In this document: positions 48,774 to 61,663 of the stretch, piece after piece
How the letters are laid out: each line of letters opens with the position of its first letter
How positions within the stretch are numbered: position 1 is the first letter of the stretch
NCBI RefSeq assembly: GCF_963921235.1
Contig: NC_086097.1
Span: 1,550,001-1,614,000 of the forward strand
DNA length: 64,000 nt
DNA from: Mobula hypostoma
Taxonomy: Eukaryota
Direction of reading: 5' to 3'
Made by a program: the position numbers and the translations under genes
The notes under the pieces: model-generated
The model's database searches: none
What the model was told of the DNA's origin: nothing
The model's input: only the letters and a program-made list of their open reading frames with translations

Positions 48774-51710
48774 CTTTGTCTACCCTACTTGTAATTTCCT
48801 CAAAAATTGCAGTAGGTTTGTCAGGCAGGATTTCCCTTTCAAGAAACCATGCTGGCTTTGGCCTATCTTGTCATGTGCCTCCAGGTACTCCATAATCTCA
48901 GCCGTAACAGTCGATTCCAACTTCTTCCCAGCCACTGATGTCAGGCTAACAGGTCTGTAGTTTCCTTTCTGCTGCCTGTCAGCCTTCTTAAATAGTGGAG
49001 TAACATTTGCAATTTTCCAGTCAGCCGGTACAATGCCAGAATCTATCGATTCTTTCAATATATCTGTCTTGCACTTCCCTCATTTTTCACAGAAACTCCA
49101 GCCATTGCTGCTCTGCTGTCCTTCCTGCAAATGTCCCTTTCCAGTCAACCTTGACCAGTTACCCTCTCACACCATTGTAATTTCCTTTATTCGACTGAAA
49201 TACCGACACATTGGATTTTATTTTTTCCCTCTGAAATTGCAATGTGATCATGTTGATCAACAGTGATCATATTGTGATCACTGTTTCCTAAGGGTTCCTT
49301 AACCTTAAGCTCTCTTATCACCTCCAATCATTGCACAACACCCAATCCAGCACAGCCGATCCCCGGTGGGCTCAACAACAAGCTGTTCCTAAAAAGCCAT
49401 CCCTTAGACATTCTACAAATTCTCTCTCTTGAGGTCCAGTACTGGCCTAGTTTTCCGATCCACTTTCATGTTAAAATCCCCAGCGATTAACATGACACTG
49501 TCTTTCTGACACGCCTTTTCTATCTTCTGCTGTAATTTGTAATCCACGTCCTGGCTGCTGTTTAGAGGCCTGTATACAACTGTCATTAGGGTCCTTTTAC
49601 CCTTGCCATTTCTTAACTCAACCCATAGAGACTCTATACCTCCCAATCCTATGTCATCTCTTTCCAGTGATTTAATATTATTTCTTATACACAGGGCCAC
49701 ACCACCCCCTCTGCCTACTAACCTATCTTTCCAATACACCGTATATCACTGGACATTCAACTCCCAATGGCAGCCATCCTTTAGCCAAATTTCAGAGATG
49801 GCCACAACGTCATACTTGACAATCTGTAGCTGAATTTCAAGATTGTCCAGTTTATTTCTTGTGCTGCGTGCATTCAAATATAGCACTTTCAGTCCAGTAT
49901 TTGTTGCTTTCTGTTTTAACTGCACCATGTCTCTATTGCCCTGTAAATCATCCCACTGGCTGTCATTATGCCTCATCTCCTGCCTGTACTTTCTATCATC
50001 TCTGTTGCATGCTATCTTTGATTTATTTCTGTTTTCCCCTTCCTCAGCCCTATCACTCCAGTCCCCATCCCCCTGCCAAATTAGTTTGAATCCTCCCTAC
50101 CCGCTAGGATATTGGACCCCTTTGGGTTCAGGTGTAACCCGTCCTTTTTTGTACAGGTCGTACCTCCCCCAGAAGATGCCCAGTGATCCAGGAATGTGAA
50201 TCCCTGCCCCCCTACACCAATCTCTCAGCCACACATTAATATGTCTGATCATGCTAGTCTTGGTTCCAAGGTTGTCAAGCCGAGGAGTGGTAGTGGGGAC
50301 AAGCTCCCACTACCGAAAAGTTCTTCCTCACGGCATGCGCCTCAAATAGCCTCTGACAACCAAGTCCATCTCCAGGCCTTCTCGTGTGGCTTAGCCTCTA
50401 AGCCCAGCAGAACTGTTTCTACTAACAGGAGACGGGGTGAAGGTGGGTCCTGGTGCCTTAAAACCAATGCTTAGGGTAGATGGAGCTCGTCAGCCTGGGA
50501 TAGCAGTCCATCTAAGAGAGGGAAACTCTGATTTCAAACCTCCGCTGCCTTGCGGCCATACCCACTCGTGAGAAAGGCTTCGGGAGTAAACCCTGTGGAC
50601 AAATCCGGAGCTGGAGTCCCTAAGGCAATCCGACGTTGCCTTCAACCTCGTTCTGGCAACTCCTGCGACGTCACTGGTGCCAAGCTGTATCGGCCCTTGC
50701 CCTTCCCTTGGACAACATCGGTGTCGTGGAGAGGGGAGACTTGCAGCATGGGCAACTGCTGGTCTTCCGTACAACCTTGCCCAGGCCTGCGCCCTGGAGA
50801 GTGATGACTTCCCAGGCGCAGATCCATGGTCTGCAAGACTAACGGATGCCACCACCACCATGCTATTCTTGCACCCGTTAGCACATGGCACAGGCAGCAA
50901 TCCCAAGATTACTACCCTAGATGTCCTGCCTTTCAGCTTCCTACCTAATTCCCTGAATTCTCTCTTCAGGACTTCCTCCCTTTTCCTATCTATGTAATTG
51001 GTATCAACATGTACCAAGATTTCTGGCTGTTCATCCTCTCTCTCCCTTCAGTATACTCTGCACCCGATCCGAGACATCCCGTACCCTGGCACATGGGAGG
51101 CAACACACCATGCATATATCTATCAGGCTGACAGAACCTCCTGTCTGTTCCCCTCAATATGGAGTCCCCTATGACTACCGCATTCATCATCTTCTTCTCT
51201 CCCTTCTGCACCACAGAACCAGGCTCGGTGCCAGAGACCCGATCACCGTGGTCGTCCTCTGTCAGGTCATCCCTCTCAACAGCATCCAAAATGAGATAAC
51301 GATTACTGAGGGGGATGGCAACAGGGGTGCTCTCTACTGTCTGAGCTCTTCTCTTCCCTTCCCTTCTCTGACAGTCACTCACTTGTCTAACTCCTGCAGC
51401 CTCGGGGTGACTAATTCCCTGTAGCTCCTCGCTGTCTCCTGTTCACTCTCCCTAATAAGCTGTAGGTCATGAAGCTGCAGCTCCAGATCCCTAACACGGT
51501 CTCTCAGGAGCTGCATCTCAGTGCACCTGGTGCAGATGTGGCCATCTGGGAGACTGGAAGACTCCCACATCTGACCCCCAGAGCAAAATACTAACCCTAC
51601 AGACATGCTGTCTATTCCTCAAAAAAAAAATGCAAAGAAAAACCAAAAACAAAGTCTACTTAACCACCTACCTCGCCGAAGCCTGAATGAGTAAAAGCCA
51701 CTGGCCTACT
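48774..51710 (-). mobile_element. Older CR1 (host of 45627-48768, left part 45520-45626), internally deleted, with ORF1 and 5' end
   Basis: ORFs 48780..49058, 49413..49739, 49746..49976, 50990..51382 (VVIGDSILRGTD), 51379..51606 (HICTRC). Confidence 0.88.
50257..50858 (+). mobile_element. Non-coding retroposon, probably RTE-derived and bipartite (602 bp)
   Basis: TSD CATGCTA at 50250-50256 and 50859-50865; (ACC)n tail. The 3' end GCGCAGATCCATGGTCT...GACT..CGGATGCC resembles RTE 3' ends, recognised from memory and not searched. Confidence 0.75.
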
Positions 51711-52462
51711 CCCGACAATATACACAGAATGGTTGATATCTGCAAATCACTGGAGTGATTCAGGAACATTCTCTATGTTTAAGAAGTCTGTACACAGGTA
51801 TTAGATAGACAAGGCACAAGTATGGTGTCAATGGGGGCAAACGAGATTGGTGTAGATGGGCCGAAAGGTTGGCATGATTATGATGGGACAAATGGTCCAG
51901 CACATGTTTCACCTGTGGTTCTATTCACTGAACTGAACACCTAACCTGCCTCACTCACAGTTACACCCCCTGCCCCTTCACCACACATCGTTTGGAAAGT
52001 ATTTAATGTAAAGGGTGTGCTGCTCTGGGTCAAACAGCCCAGGTAACTCAGCCCCTCCCTGATGCTTCATAACGCCTGCAGCTGGACTTCACCTGCCCTG
52101 CGTCCTCACCACACCTCAGCCCAGCTCCCATCCCAGGCACAGCCTGCCCCCAAATCACTTTAGAGTAACGCCAGGCTTATCACCCATGTCCAACGCTGAC
52201 TACAGAGAATCAGAATCAGGTTGAATATCACCAGCATATGCTGTGAAATTTGTTGTTTTGCGGTAGCCGTACATTGCAATACATAATAATAAAAAAAACT
52301 ATAACTTACAATAAAAAATATATTCAAAAATTAAATTGTCAGTAGTTCAAAAAGAGAACAAAGAAAATAGTAAGGTAATAATAAAAAAAATGGGTTCATT
52401 GTCCGTTCAGAAATCTGATGGCAGAGGGGAAGAAGCTGTTCCTGAAACATTGAGTGTGTGGG

Positions 52463-53970
52463 AGTCATAGAACAGTACAGCACAAAAACCAGCCCTTCAG
52501 CCCTTCTAGTCCAGCTCAACGAGTAACCTGCCTGGTCCCATCAACCTGCCCCCAGACCATCCATGTACCTATCCAAATTTCTCTTCAATGTTGAAATCAA
52601 ACCCACATCCACCACTTGTTCCACACTCCCACCAGTCTCTGAGTCAAAAAATTCCCCTTCATGTTTCCCTGAAGCACTTCACCTTCCACTCTTAACCCAG
52701 TGGAAAAAGCCTGCTTGCTCTTACCCCATCTATACCTCTCAATTTTGTATACCTCCATCAGATCTCCCTTCAATATCCCCTCATTCTTAGGAATGAGGTC
52801 CTAACCTTTCCCTGTAACTCAGTTCCTCAAGTCCAGAAAACAGCCTTGTAAATTTTCTCTGCACTCTGAATCTTATTTACAATGTTCCTGCAGGTGGGTG
52901 ACTAAAACTGAGCACAATACTTCAAATGGTAGGCGGGAGGAGAAGAAGGCAGCGCGCCTGCGCGTGCGCAGCTCTCCGGTGAAAAATGATATCGTATCTG
53001 TTAAATAAGGGCCGTGGACAATTCTGATTTGATGGAGACGGACATGAAAGCACAGAGGAACATCTGGAGAAATTTCTGAAACGCCCGTTCACTGCTGTCG
53101 TTACTGCGTGGTCAGGAATCTTTTGGAGGGTAGGCCTCAAAATCCCCGGCCTTGCCTGCTTTTGGCAACTGAGAAGGAGATCAAATCGTTCAGACAGAGA
53201 TGTGGCGCTTAGTACTCGGTGTCGGAGAGCTGATCAAAGCTCGAAGTTTTCGGATGACTCAGAGTCAGATTGTGGTTGGCATGGCGGGGAGGGTTTTCCT
53301 TCCTTCTCCTGTCTGCATGAGATGTGGGACATTTGAGAAACTTTGAACTTTACTGTGCTCATGGACTTCTTCATCAAGTTATGGTATTGTTACACTGTTT
53401 GTAACTATATGTTATAATTATGTGGTTTTGTCAGTTTTTTCAGACTGGTCTGTCCTGTGTTTTGTGATATCACACCGGAGGAAATATTGTATAATTTCTT
53501 AATGCATGCATTACTAAATGACAATAAAGGAGGAATACTACGTGTCTTCATAATCATAAATTAAGCCTCATCATCTTATACAATTTCAACATGACATCCC
53601 AAGTGTTGTACTCAATATGAAGGCCAATGTTGCAAAATCTTTCATTACAACCCTATCTCCCTGTGACACCACTTTCAAGGAACAATGAACCTGTATTCCC
53701 AGGTCCCTCTGTTCTACCGCACTCCTCAGTTCCTTACTGTGTAAGACCTACCCTGGTTTGTCCTCCCAAAGTTGTCGCATTAAATTCCATCTGCTATTTT
53801 TCAGCCCATCTTTCCAGCTGGTCCCGATCCCGCTGCGAGCTTTGACCGTCTTCCTCCCTTATCCTCTGCAGCTCCCAATCTCGGTGTCATCCACAAATTT
53901 GCTCGTCCCGTTTACCACGTTATCATCCCGATCATTTTATAAATAACAAACAACAATGGACGAAGCACTA
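52463..53970 (-). mobile_element. Decayed CR1 3' portion, split by a SINE-like insert
   Basis: GTCATAGAACAGTACAGCAC tail; colinear with 4076-4690 and 57945-58850. Confidence 0.82.
52928..53557 (+). mobile_element. Non-coding SINE-like retroposon, copy 2
   Basis: Colinear with 21069-21715; possible TSD AAAT at 52924-52927 and 53558-53561. Confidence 0.85.
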
Positions 53971-54239
53971 ATCATGCTGACGAGAGGGGTTGTCCTGGGC
54001 GATGGGGTCCTTATTGATGGATGCCGCCTTTTCTGAGGTACAGTATCACCTTTCGAACGCCCTGGATGTTGGGGAGGCTGGTGCCCACGATGGGGAGGCT
54101 GAATTTACAACTTTCTGCAGCTTTTCCTGATCCTTTACAGTGACCCCTCCCTCCAAACCAGATGGTGATGCAACCAGCTTGAATGTTTTCTGCAGTACAT
54201 CATTAGCATGTCTTTGGTGATATCCAAAGCCTCCTCGAA

Positions 54240-54364
54240 CCTGACGAAGGGATCCGGCCCGAAATGTCGACTGATCTTTTGCACAGATGCTGCCCGACCT
54301 GTTGAGTTCCTCCAGCGTGTTGTGAGTGTTGCTTTGACCCCAGCATCTGCAGATTATTTTGTGT
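54240..54364 (+). mobile_element. Penelope-like terminal fragment with a hammerhead core
   Basis: CTGACGA-AGGGATCCGGCCC-GAAATGTC-GACTG...CCAGCATCTGCAGA, related to 37601-37828. Confidence 0.78.
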
Positions 54365-55352
54365 CCTCGAGAATGTCGACACCCAGGAACTTGAAACTGC
54401 TCACCCTTTCCGTTTTTTACTGTACTTACTCCCAGTGACACCCTCCCCTCCGCATTTCCCGGTGAACCGCCTGTCCCCTCCCGCACTGACCCACAACCCG
54501 TGTGGACCCCTGGTGCCTGTAGAGTCTGTTCCAGCCAGTGGGACAGGATCAGCGCTGAGCAGGGGACTGCTCAGTGAGTCTCCAGGCTGAGATGTCCCCG
54601 TGGACAGCCAATGCTCGTTTTGGGGATGGGGGTCAGTGGTGGAGCGGCCCCACTCAGGGGAACAGCTGTCCAGTTAGGCTCAGGGTCACAGAGTAGGGGT
54701 CAGGGGTCAGGCCCGAGACCCCAGCAAGGGTCATGAGAGGGGATAAGGTCAAGGAAATCAAACCCGGGTAGGAGTTTCACAGGGAGAGGCAGGGCCTGGG
54801 GGGGGGGGGTGTTGTAGAACTGAAGGATTTAGGGGTCACAGGTAAACAGAGTAGGGAAGGTGGCTTTCGGTTCCCTGGCATTCGTCAGGCGAGGCACTGC
54901 AAACAAACGAAGGTTGTTTCCTTTATATTGTGTACTGAACCAGCAGTTATGGTTGAAATGACAATAAGAGCGATGAACTTGAGTATAAAGATTGGGAGGT
55001 CACGTTGCAGTTACGCAAGTTGACGGTGAGGCCATGTTTGGAATATTGTGTTCAGTATTGGTCACCCTGCTATGGGAAAGATGTTATAGAACAGGGGAGT
55101 CAAACTACCGGCCCGCGGTCTCCAATCCGGGATGATTTGGGGAGAAAAGTATATTCACGACCATTTATTATGTATCTGTCCGGCAGCCGCTCTCTCTCCC
55201 CCCGCTGTCCAGCTTGTTGTGTGTGCTCGGCAGTTAACCACCTGCCACCCCGCACTGAAGACCATGGGGTCCCAGTTCCGTAGTCAGACACAGAGTCCTC
55301 AGGTAAGTAACACCTGTAGCAAGGCTGAGACTGTTTGCTGCTGTGGTTCAAA

Positions 55353-57152
55353 ATGCTTTCCAGGAAAAGAAAAGTTGACATCGAAGGTCAGATATTCAAC
55401 GATAATTGGAAAGATTGTTTTTTCTTCTGTGAGGTCAATGGCAAACCTGTGTGTCTGATCTGCTGGCAACAAGCGGCTGTGGCAAAAGAACAATATCAAA
55501 CGACACAGAGACGTCCCACGGAGAAAAATATGACAAGTACTCAGGACGACTCAGAACACAAAAGGTAAACGAGCTTGAAGCAGCTCTGAAAAAACAGCAA
55601 TCAGTGTTCACCAAAAGTCGGGAGACTCATGATGGAGCTGTCAGGGCCCGCTATATTATTGCCAACAAAATAGCTACTGCGTGGAAGCCATACTCAGAGA
55701 GGGAATTCATCAAAGCATGCATGCTGACGGCGGCTGAGCTGGTGCCCTGAGAAGAGACAGGCTTTTGGTAACATCAGCTTGTCAAGAAATACTGTGGCTG
55801 AGAGAATTGGGGAACTTGCAGGAGATTTGAACAGTCAACTAAAAGACAAAGTGAAATCATTTATTGCCTTCTCTATTGCAATTGATGAGAGCACCGACGT
55901 GACTGGTGTAGCTCAATTGGGAATATTTATTCGTGGTGTTGATGCATCTTTGACCGTCACCGAGGAGTTTGTGGAGATGGTGCCCATGAGAAACAGCACA
56001 ACGGCGAACGACATTTTCTCCAGCCTCGTCGAGGCCTTGGACGGACTGGGGGTTGACCAGAGTCATGCTGTCAGCGTGGCAACAGATGCGCACCGTCCAT
56101 GGTCAGGAAAGAGGCAGGCGTTGTTGCGAAACTCAGAGAGAAAGTTCAAACAGAGAATCCAGAGCAGGAATTCTGGAATTTTCATTGTATTATACACCAA
56201 GAGGCGTTGTGTAGCAGGAGCCTGAAAATGGACAATGTCATGGATGTAGTAATCAAAACGGTTAGTTTTATTAGACCCAAGGGACTCAACCATCAGCAAC
56301 TTGACACACTTTTCTCCGAAAGTAATATTGGACACAGCCTACCCTACCACACTGAAGTCCGCTGGTTGAGCAGCGGGGTTATGCTCAAATGTTTGTTTCA
56401 ATTACGTGCGGAAATTGGACTATTCATGAACGAGAAAGGGAAGCCAGTAGCAGAGTTGCATGACCCAGACTAGCTTCATGATCTTGCATTTTTGGTGGAT
56501 ATAACAGAGCACTTAACTGTGCTTAATGTTAACATGCAAGGTCACAACAAATTTGTTACGGAATACTACGACAGCATTTGTGCCTTTCAAATTAAATTAG
56601 GCCTGTGGGAGATGCAACTATCCCAGAGCAACCCAGCTCATTTCCCCTCTTTGCAGTCTGTGCGTGTCGCTCATGGGAATAATGACAACATGGACAGGTA
56701 AAGGACAAAATATCACGGCTGAAAAGTGAGTTTCAGAATTGTTTCCACGTCTTCACTCAGCTCGAGAAGGAATTCTCACTATTTTGCTCACCGTTTGCTG
56801 TCAACGCAGCATCAGATGTGCCGGAGGAACTCCAAATGGAACTAATTGAAATTCAGTGTAACTCGGCTTTGAAATATCAATTTGAGACTTTGGATCTGGA
56901 CTCGTTCTATCAATACCTGGGACCGATGTACCCCACGATGACAGACTTTGCCTCAAAGATCCTTTGCATGTTCGGGATCTCTGTGAGCAGGCGTTCTCCA
57001 TAATGAACATTAACAAATCCAAACTGCACTCGCAGCTGACACACAGACATCTAAATGACATTATGAAAATCACAACCGCCCAGAAACTGGTCCCTGATGT
57101 TGACAGGCTGGTTAAAGCCAAGAGATGTCAGGTGTCTGGAAGCAGCAAGTGA
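55353..57152 (+). pseudogene. hAT transposase (GTF2IRD2/SPIN-like), with frameshifts and stops
   Basis: KRKVD, PVCLIC, SRNTVAERI, FSIAIDESTD, ATD, HCIIHQEALC, EVRWLS, CEQAFSIM. Confidence 0.93.
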
Positions 57153-57237
57153 AAACTGAGTGACACTGTTCGATGCACTGTGACATGTAAGCAAAATGTA
57201 TTATGAAATATTGTGATTCATTCACTTTCTGACTATA

Positions 57238-57428
57238 GTTCATTGGCAATATTTAAGAGGGAGTTAGATATGGCCCTTGTGGCAAAAGGGATCAGGGGGT
57301 ATGGAGGGAAGGCTGGGGCGGGGTTCTGAGTTGGATGATCAGCCATGATCATAATAAATGGCGGTGCAGGCTCGAAGGGCCGAATGGCCTACTCTTGCAC
57401 CTATTTTCTATGTTTCTATGTTTCTATT
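57238..57428 (+). mobile_element. Short CR1 3' end inside the hAT element
   Basis: Near-identical to 48580-48768; (TTTCTATG)n tail. Confidence 0.9.
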
Positions 57429-57944
57429 CTATTGTTGTAAATGGGATCACTTCAATAAAAATTAGAGGCTAACTGTGTTCATTGTCTGAGTTTGATCGCT
57501 GGAAGCAGGCTAATAAAAATTAGGTGCCGTTGTGTAGCCTACATTTACGATTTGTTTTGTTAGGTCTACATTTGTGTCTGCTAATGTTTGATTTCAAATG
57601 GTTTATTAATGGAAAGGGCGTGGCTCCCAGAACAATCTTAGCCAAAATAGCATCGGTTTTTCTCTCTCTCATCACAACTTGCTTGTAGCCTATGACTGTA
57701 AGTTAATACTAATCATAAAAATAATGCTTGCTAGGCAATCTCCTTCATAAGGAACGAAATTCGTAAAGTGAAACTCTTTGTAGTTATAGCAGAGACTGAG
57801 ACACATGAGAGCAGGTTGAAAAAACTGAAGGCAACGAAAGCTGTGGGAGAACACGCACGCAGAACTGATCCGGCCTGCGTGAAGTCTCAATTGCCCAGTC
57901 CGGCCCGTGACCTAAAATGAATTTGACACCCCGTTATAGAATCA

Positions 57945-60918
57945 GTGAGAAGTACAGCACAGAAACGGGTCCTTCGGCCCATCTAGTCCATGCCAAAACC
58001 ATTTAAACTGCCTACGCCCATCAACCTGCACTGGGTCACTGGGAGTAGGCAGTTTAAATGGTCCTCAATATCTCTACTATCCATATTCCTATCCAAACTT
58101 CTCAAATTTGAAACCGAACTGATACGCACCATCCCCATTTCACCCTCTTTGACCCTCTGAGTGACGTTGCCCCTCAGTGGAAAAAGCCTGCTAGCATTTA
58201 CCCCATTTATATCCCTCATTATTTTGTATACCTCTATCAAATCTCCTCTCAAAGTTCTGCATTCTAAAGAATATTCTCCTAACCTATTGAATCTTTCCTT
58301 ATTACTCAGGTCTTTCAGACCTGGCAACATCCTTGTAAATTTTCTCTGCACCCTTTCAACTTTGTTTACATCTTTCCCATAGATAGGTGACCAAAACTGC
58401 ACACAATACTCCAAATTAGGCCTCACCAATGTCTTATACAACTTCAACATAAATCCCATCTTCTGTACTCAGTACAGATTTATGAAGGCCAATGTGCCAA
58501 AAACTTTCTTTATGACCCTATCTACCTATAACGCCACTTTCAATGAATTATGTACTTCCTTTCCCAGATCCCCTTGTTCTCCCACACTCCTTGGTGCCCT
58601 AACTTTCACATGTAAGACCTACACTGGTTGGTTCTACCAAAGTGCAAAATCTCATACTTGTCTGCATTAAATTCCATCTGCTATTTTTCAGCTGATGAAG
58701 ATCCCTCTGCAAGTCATGATAGCCTTCCTTGCTGTTAACTACACCTTCAATTTTGGTGTCATCCACACATTTGCTGATCCAGGTCACCATATTATCTCCC
58801 AGATCATTGATATAGATGACAAAATAACAAAGGACCCAGCATAGATCCCTGTGGCACACCACGAGTCACAGGCCTCCAGTCAGAGAGGCAATCCTCTACT
58901 ACAACTCTCGGGATTCTCCCACAAAGCCGATGTCTAATCCAATTTACTACCCCATCCTGAATGCTGAGTGACTGAACCTTCCTGAACAGCCTCCCATGCG
59001 GGACTTTGTCAAGTGCCTTACTGAATTCTGTAGACAACATCCACTGCCTTGCCTTTATCCACTTTCCTGGTAACTTCCTTGAAAAACTCCTTAAGACTGG
59101 TTAGACATGATAAACCATGCTGACCATCCTTATCTATCCAAATACTTATATATCTGGTCGCTTCAAATACCTTCCAATAACTTTCCCACAACTGACGTCA
59201 GATTCACCGGCCTATAATTTCCTGGTTTCTGTTCAGAGCCTTTTTTAAAAAATGGTGGAACAACATCGGCCATCCTCCAATCCTCTGATGCCTCTCCTGT
59301 CACTAAGGACGTCTTAAATATCTCTGCTTGGGCCCTAGCAATTTCTGCACCTGCCTCCCAAGGGAACACCTCGTCAGGTTTTGGGAATTTTACTAGCCTA
59401 TTTGCCTCAGGGTAGCAAACACCTCCTCCTCTGTAATCTGTACAGAGTCCATGAAGTTGGTGCTGTTTTGCCTCACCTCTATACACTCTGTATCCGTCTC
59501 CCAAGCAGATATATAGATAGATAGATAGATAGAGATACTTTATTGATCCCGAGGGAAATTGGGTTTCGTTACAGCCGCACCAACCAAGAATAGAGCATAA
59601 ATATAGCAATACAAAAACCACAAACAATCAAATAACAAATGCAAACTATGCCAGATGGAAAATAAGTCCAGGTCCAGCCTATTGACTCAGGGTGTCTGAC
59701 CCTCCACGGGAGGAGCTGCAAGTTCGATGGCCACAGGCAGGAACGACCTCCCATGCCGCCCAGTGTTGTATCTCGGTGGAATATGCCCGAAGTCCAACAG
59801 TAAAAAGTTCAATATCCGGTCTACGAACACGTTCTTCAATCGTAATATGACCCGGATTACACCATCTGTTGTTAATCAGAACAGTAAGCACCCAACTCCT
59901 TTACGCTTACCGCACTCAGTGTACTTCCGGTCAGCCCGAACGGTCTGGAAGCCGTCCATGGAGAAGTTTTGATCGGGTATGTCCTCGTGCAGCCCCGTCC
60001 CAGTGAAACACATAACACTGCACTCCCGAAATGTTCTCTGATGCCTGGCTAGCGCCGTGAACTTGTCCATTTTATTACCCACCGAACTCCTCTTCTCCAT
60101 AAGTCTCTGTTGTCTCGACCCAGTACTCTTTCCTCGACTTTGTGATCCCCCTCTGCATCCTCTGTGTGTTTTCCTCCAGATTTCAGCAGGGGTGTCCGCC
60201 GCTCTGCTCGCTAAACCGGCTGGCATAAGCGCAATCAGCTGGTCCCTGGAATACACAATGCAACCATGCTTCTGCCCTGCTAATGAGACGTGTCAGAATG
60301 TAACTATTTCCAGCGCTAAAAACCCAATTAAAACTCTCTCTATCAGCATGTTAGAGAGGGTGCAGCTTCAATGTGTTACCGTGAAAAAAAATACACCAAA
60401 TAACGTAAGTTAAAAAAGTAAGAAGAAAAAAGTAAGACTACTGATCGGAACGGCTGTAATAGGCTGCATGCACGACTGGCGAATGCGCACTAATACAGAT
60501 ACATTTAATATCTCCCCCATCTGTTTTCGCTCCACACATGGATTATCATTCCGGTCGTCCAGAGGACTAATTTTGTCCCTAGCAATCCTTTTGCTCTTAA
60601 CATAACTATAGAATCCTTTAGGATTCTTTCACCTTGTCTGCTAGAGCCACTTCATGCCTTCTTGATTCCTTCCCTAAGTGTTCTCTTGCATTTCGTGCAC
60701 TCCATAAGCACCCCATTTGTTCCTACTTGCCTACACCTCCTTTTTCTCTCAAGCAGGGCCTCAATATCTTTTGAAAACCAAGGTTTCCTACACCTGTTAC
60801 TTTTACCTTTTATTCTGACAGGTAGATACAAGCACTGTACTCTCAAAATTTCATTTTTGAAAGCCTCGCATTTTCCGAGTACAGCTTTGCCAGAAAACAG
60901 CCTGTCCCAATCCACACT
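57945..60918 (-). mobile_element. Decayed CR1, split by the 59508-60491 insert
   Basis: ORFs 57983..58459, 58599..58862, 58804..59040, 60652..60915. Confidence 0.88.
59508..60491 (-). mobile_element. Non-autonomous bipartite Rex1 derivative, copy 2
   Basis: Same tail, same internal junction (about 59782) and same 5' end as 38469-39297. Retains GNKMD..TALARHQRTFRECSVMCFT. Confidence 0.88.
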
Positions 60919-61657
60919 TGTGAGTGTTATTAAACAGGAAAGATTTACAAGGATGTTGCCAGTATTTGAGGGACTGAGTTATGACAGACATTGGGACTTT
61001 ATTGCTTGCAATATTAAGACCGAGAGGCATATAAAATTGTGTGTGGCACAGATAGTGTTACTCCCGGGAAAAGGAATTCAAAAACTTGAGGTCACAGGTT
61101 TAAGGCAAGAAGGGAAAGATTTAAAACGTTTCCAAACAGCGGGTAGTAGGGATATGGAACAAGCTGATTGAGCAGTGGAAGCTACAATGTTGAGCTCCCA
61201 TTATAGCTTCCATTATCCAATGGACCATGCGCCAGGAGACGGGGTTAATGCGGGACAGTGCCCACGGGTTAGTATGGAGTGGTTGGGCTGAACGAGCCCG
61301 TACTGTGGCCGGAGAGGTGACAGGAGGGAGCTTGGTGAGGACTGATGCGGGTGCCTCACCATTCTATGGAGTGGGGGAAAGCCAAGCATCTAACAGTGGG
61401 CAAGCTGGTGGAGATCATTTGATCCCTCCATTGTTACTGACCTCTCTGCCTCATCCCAGCTGTACTCTGGGCACTGACAGAGCTGGCTGCTGAATCCCCA
61501 CACATCCACCCCCACACCCACCCACTCCCACCCACGGCCGCTTCCCTCTGCAAGGAGGGGACCCTGCTTTCTGTGGAGTAGGTGGGGCCCACAATTCCAC
61601 CCATACAGTTCCCACTGCCCCAACACAGTACAGCTGGAACCAGCTCTATCATCACAT

Positions 61658-61663
61658 TTTATT
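61658..61663 (-). promoter_or_regulatory. Candidate polyadenylation signal for the BATF-like transcript
   Basis: First minus-strand AATAAA I could find downstream of the stop, about 1.8 kb away, followed by GT-rich sequence. Confidence 0.4.

Larger units (their letters stand above)
52207..54420 (-). mobile_element. Old Rex1/Babar 3' portion in pieces 52207-52460 and about 53975-54420
   Basis: (AGAATC)n tail; LQKVVNSA and FKFLGV-like coding remnants. Confidence 0.72.
55092..57933 (+). mobile_element. Full-length hAT DNA transposon (Charlie/SPIN/Buster type)
   Basis: TIRs CAGGGGAGTCAAACT (55092-55106) and AATTTGACACCCCG (57920-57933). 8-bp TSD TTATAGAA at 55084-55091 and 57934-57941. Confidence 0.95.

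Noticed and set aside
55353..57152. Domesticated GTF2IRD2-like host gene
   Set aside because: Multiple frameshifts and stops, with TIRs and TSD present, mark it as a dead transposon.
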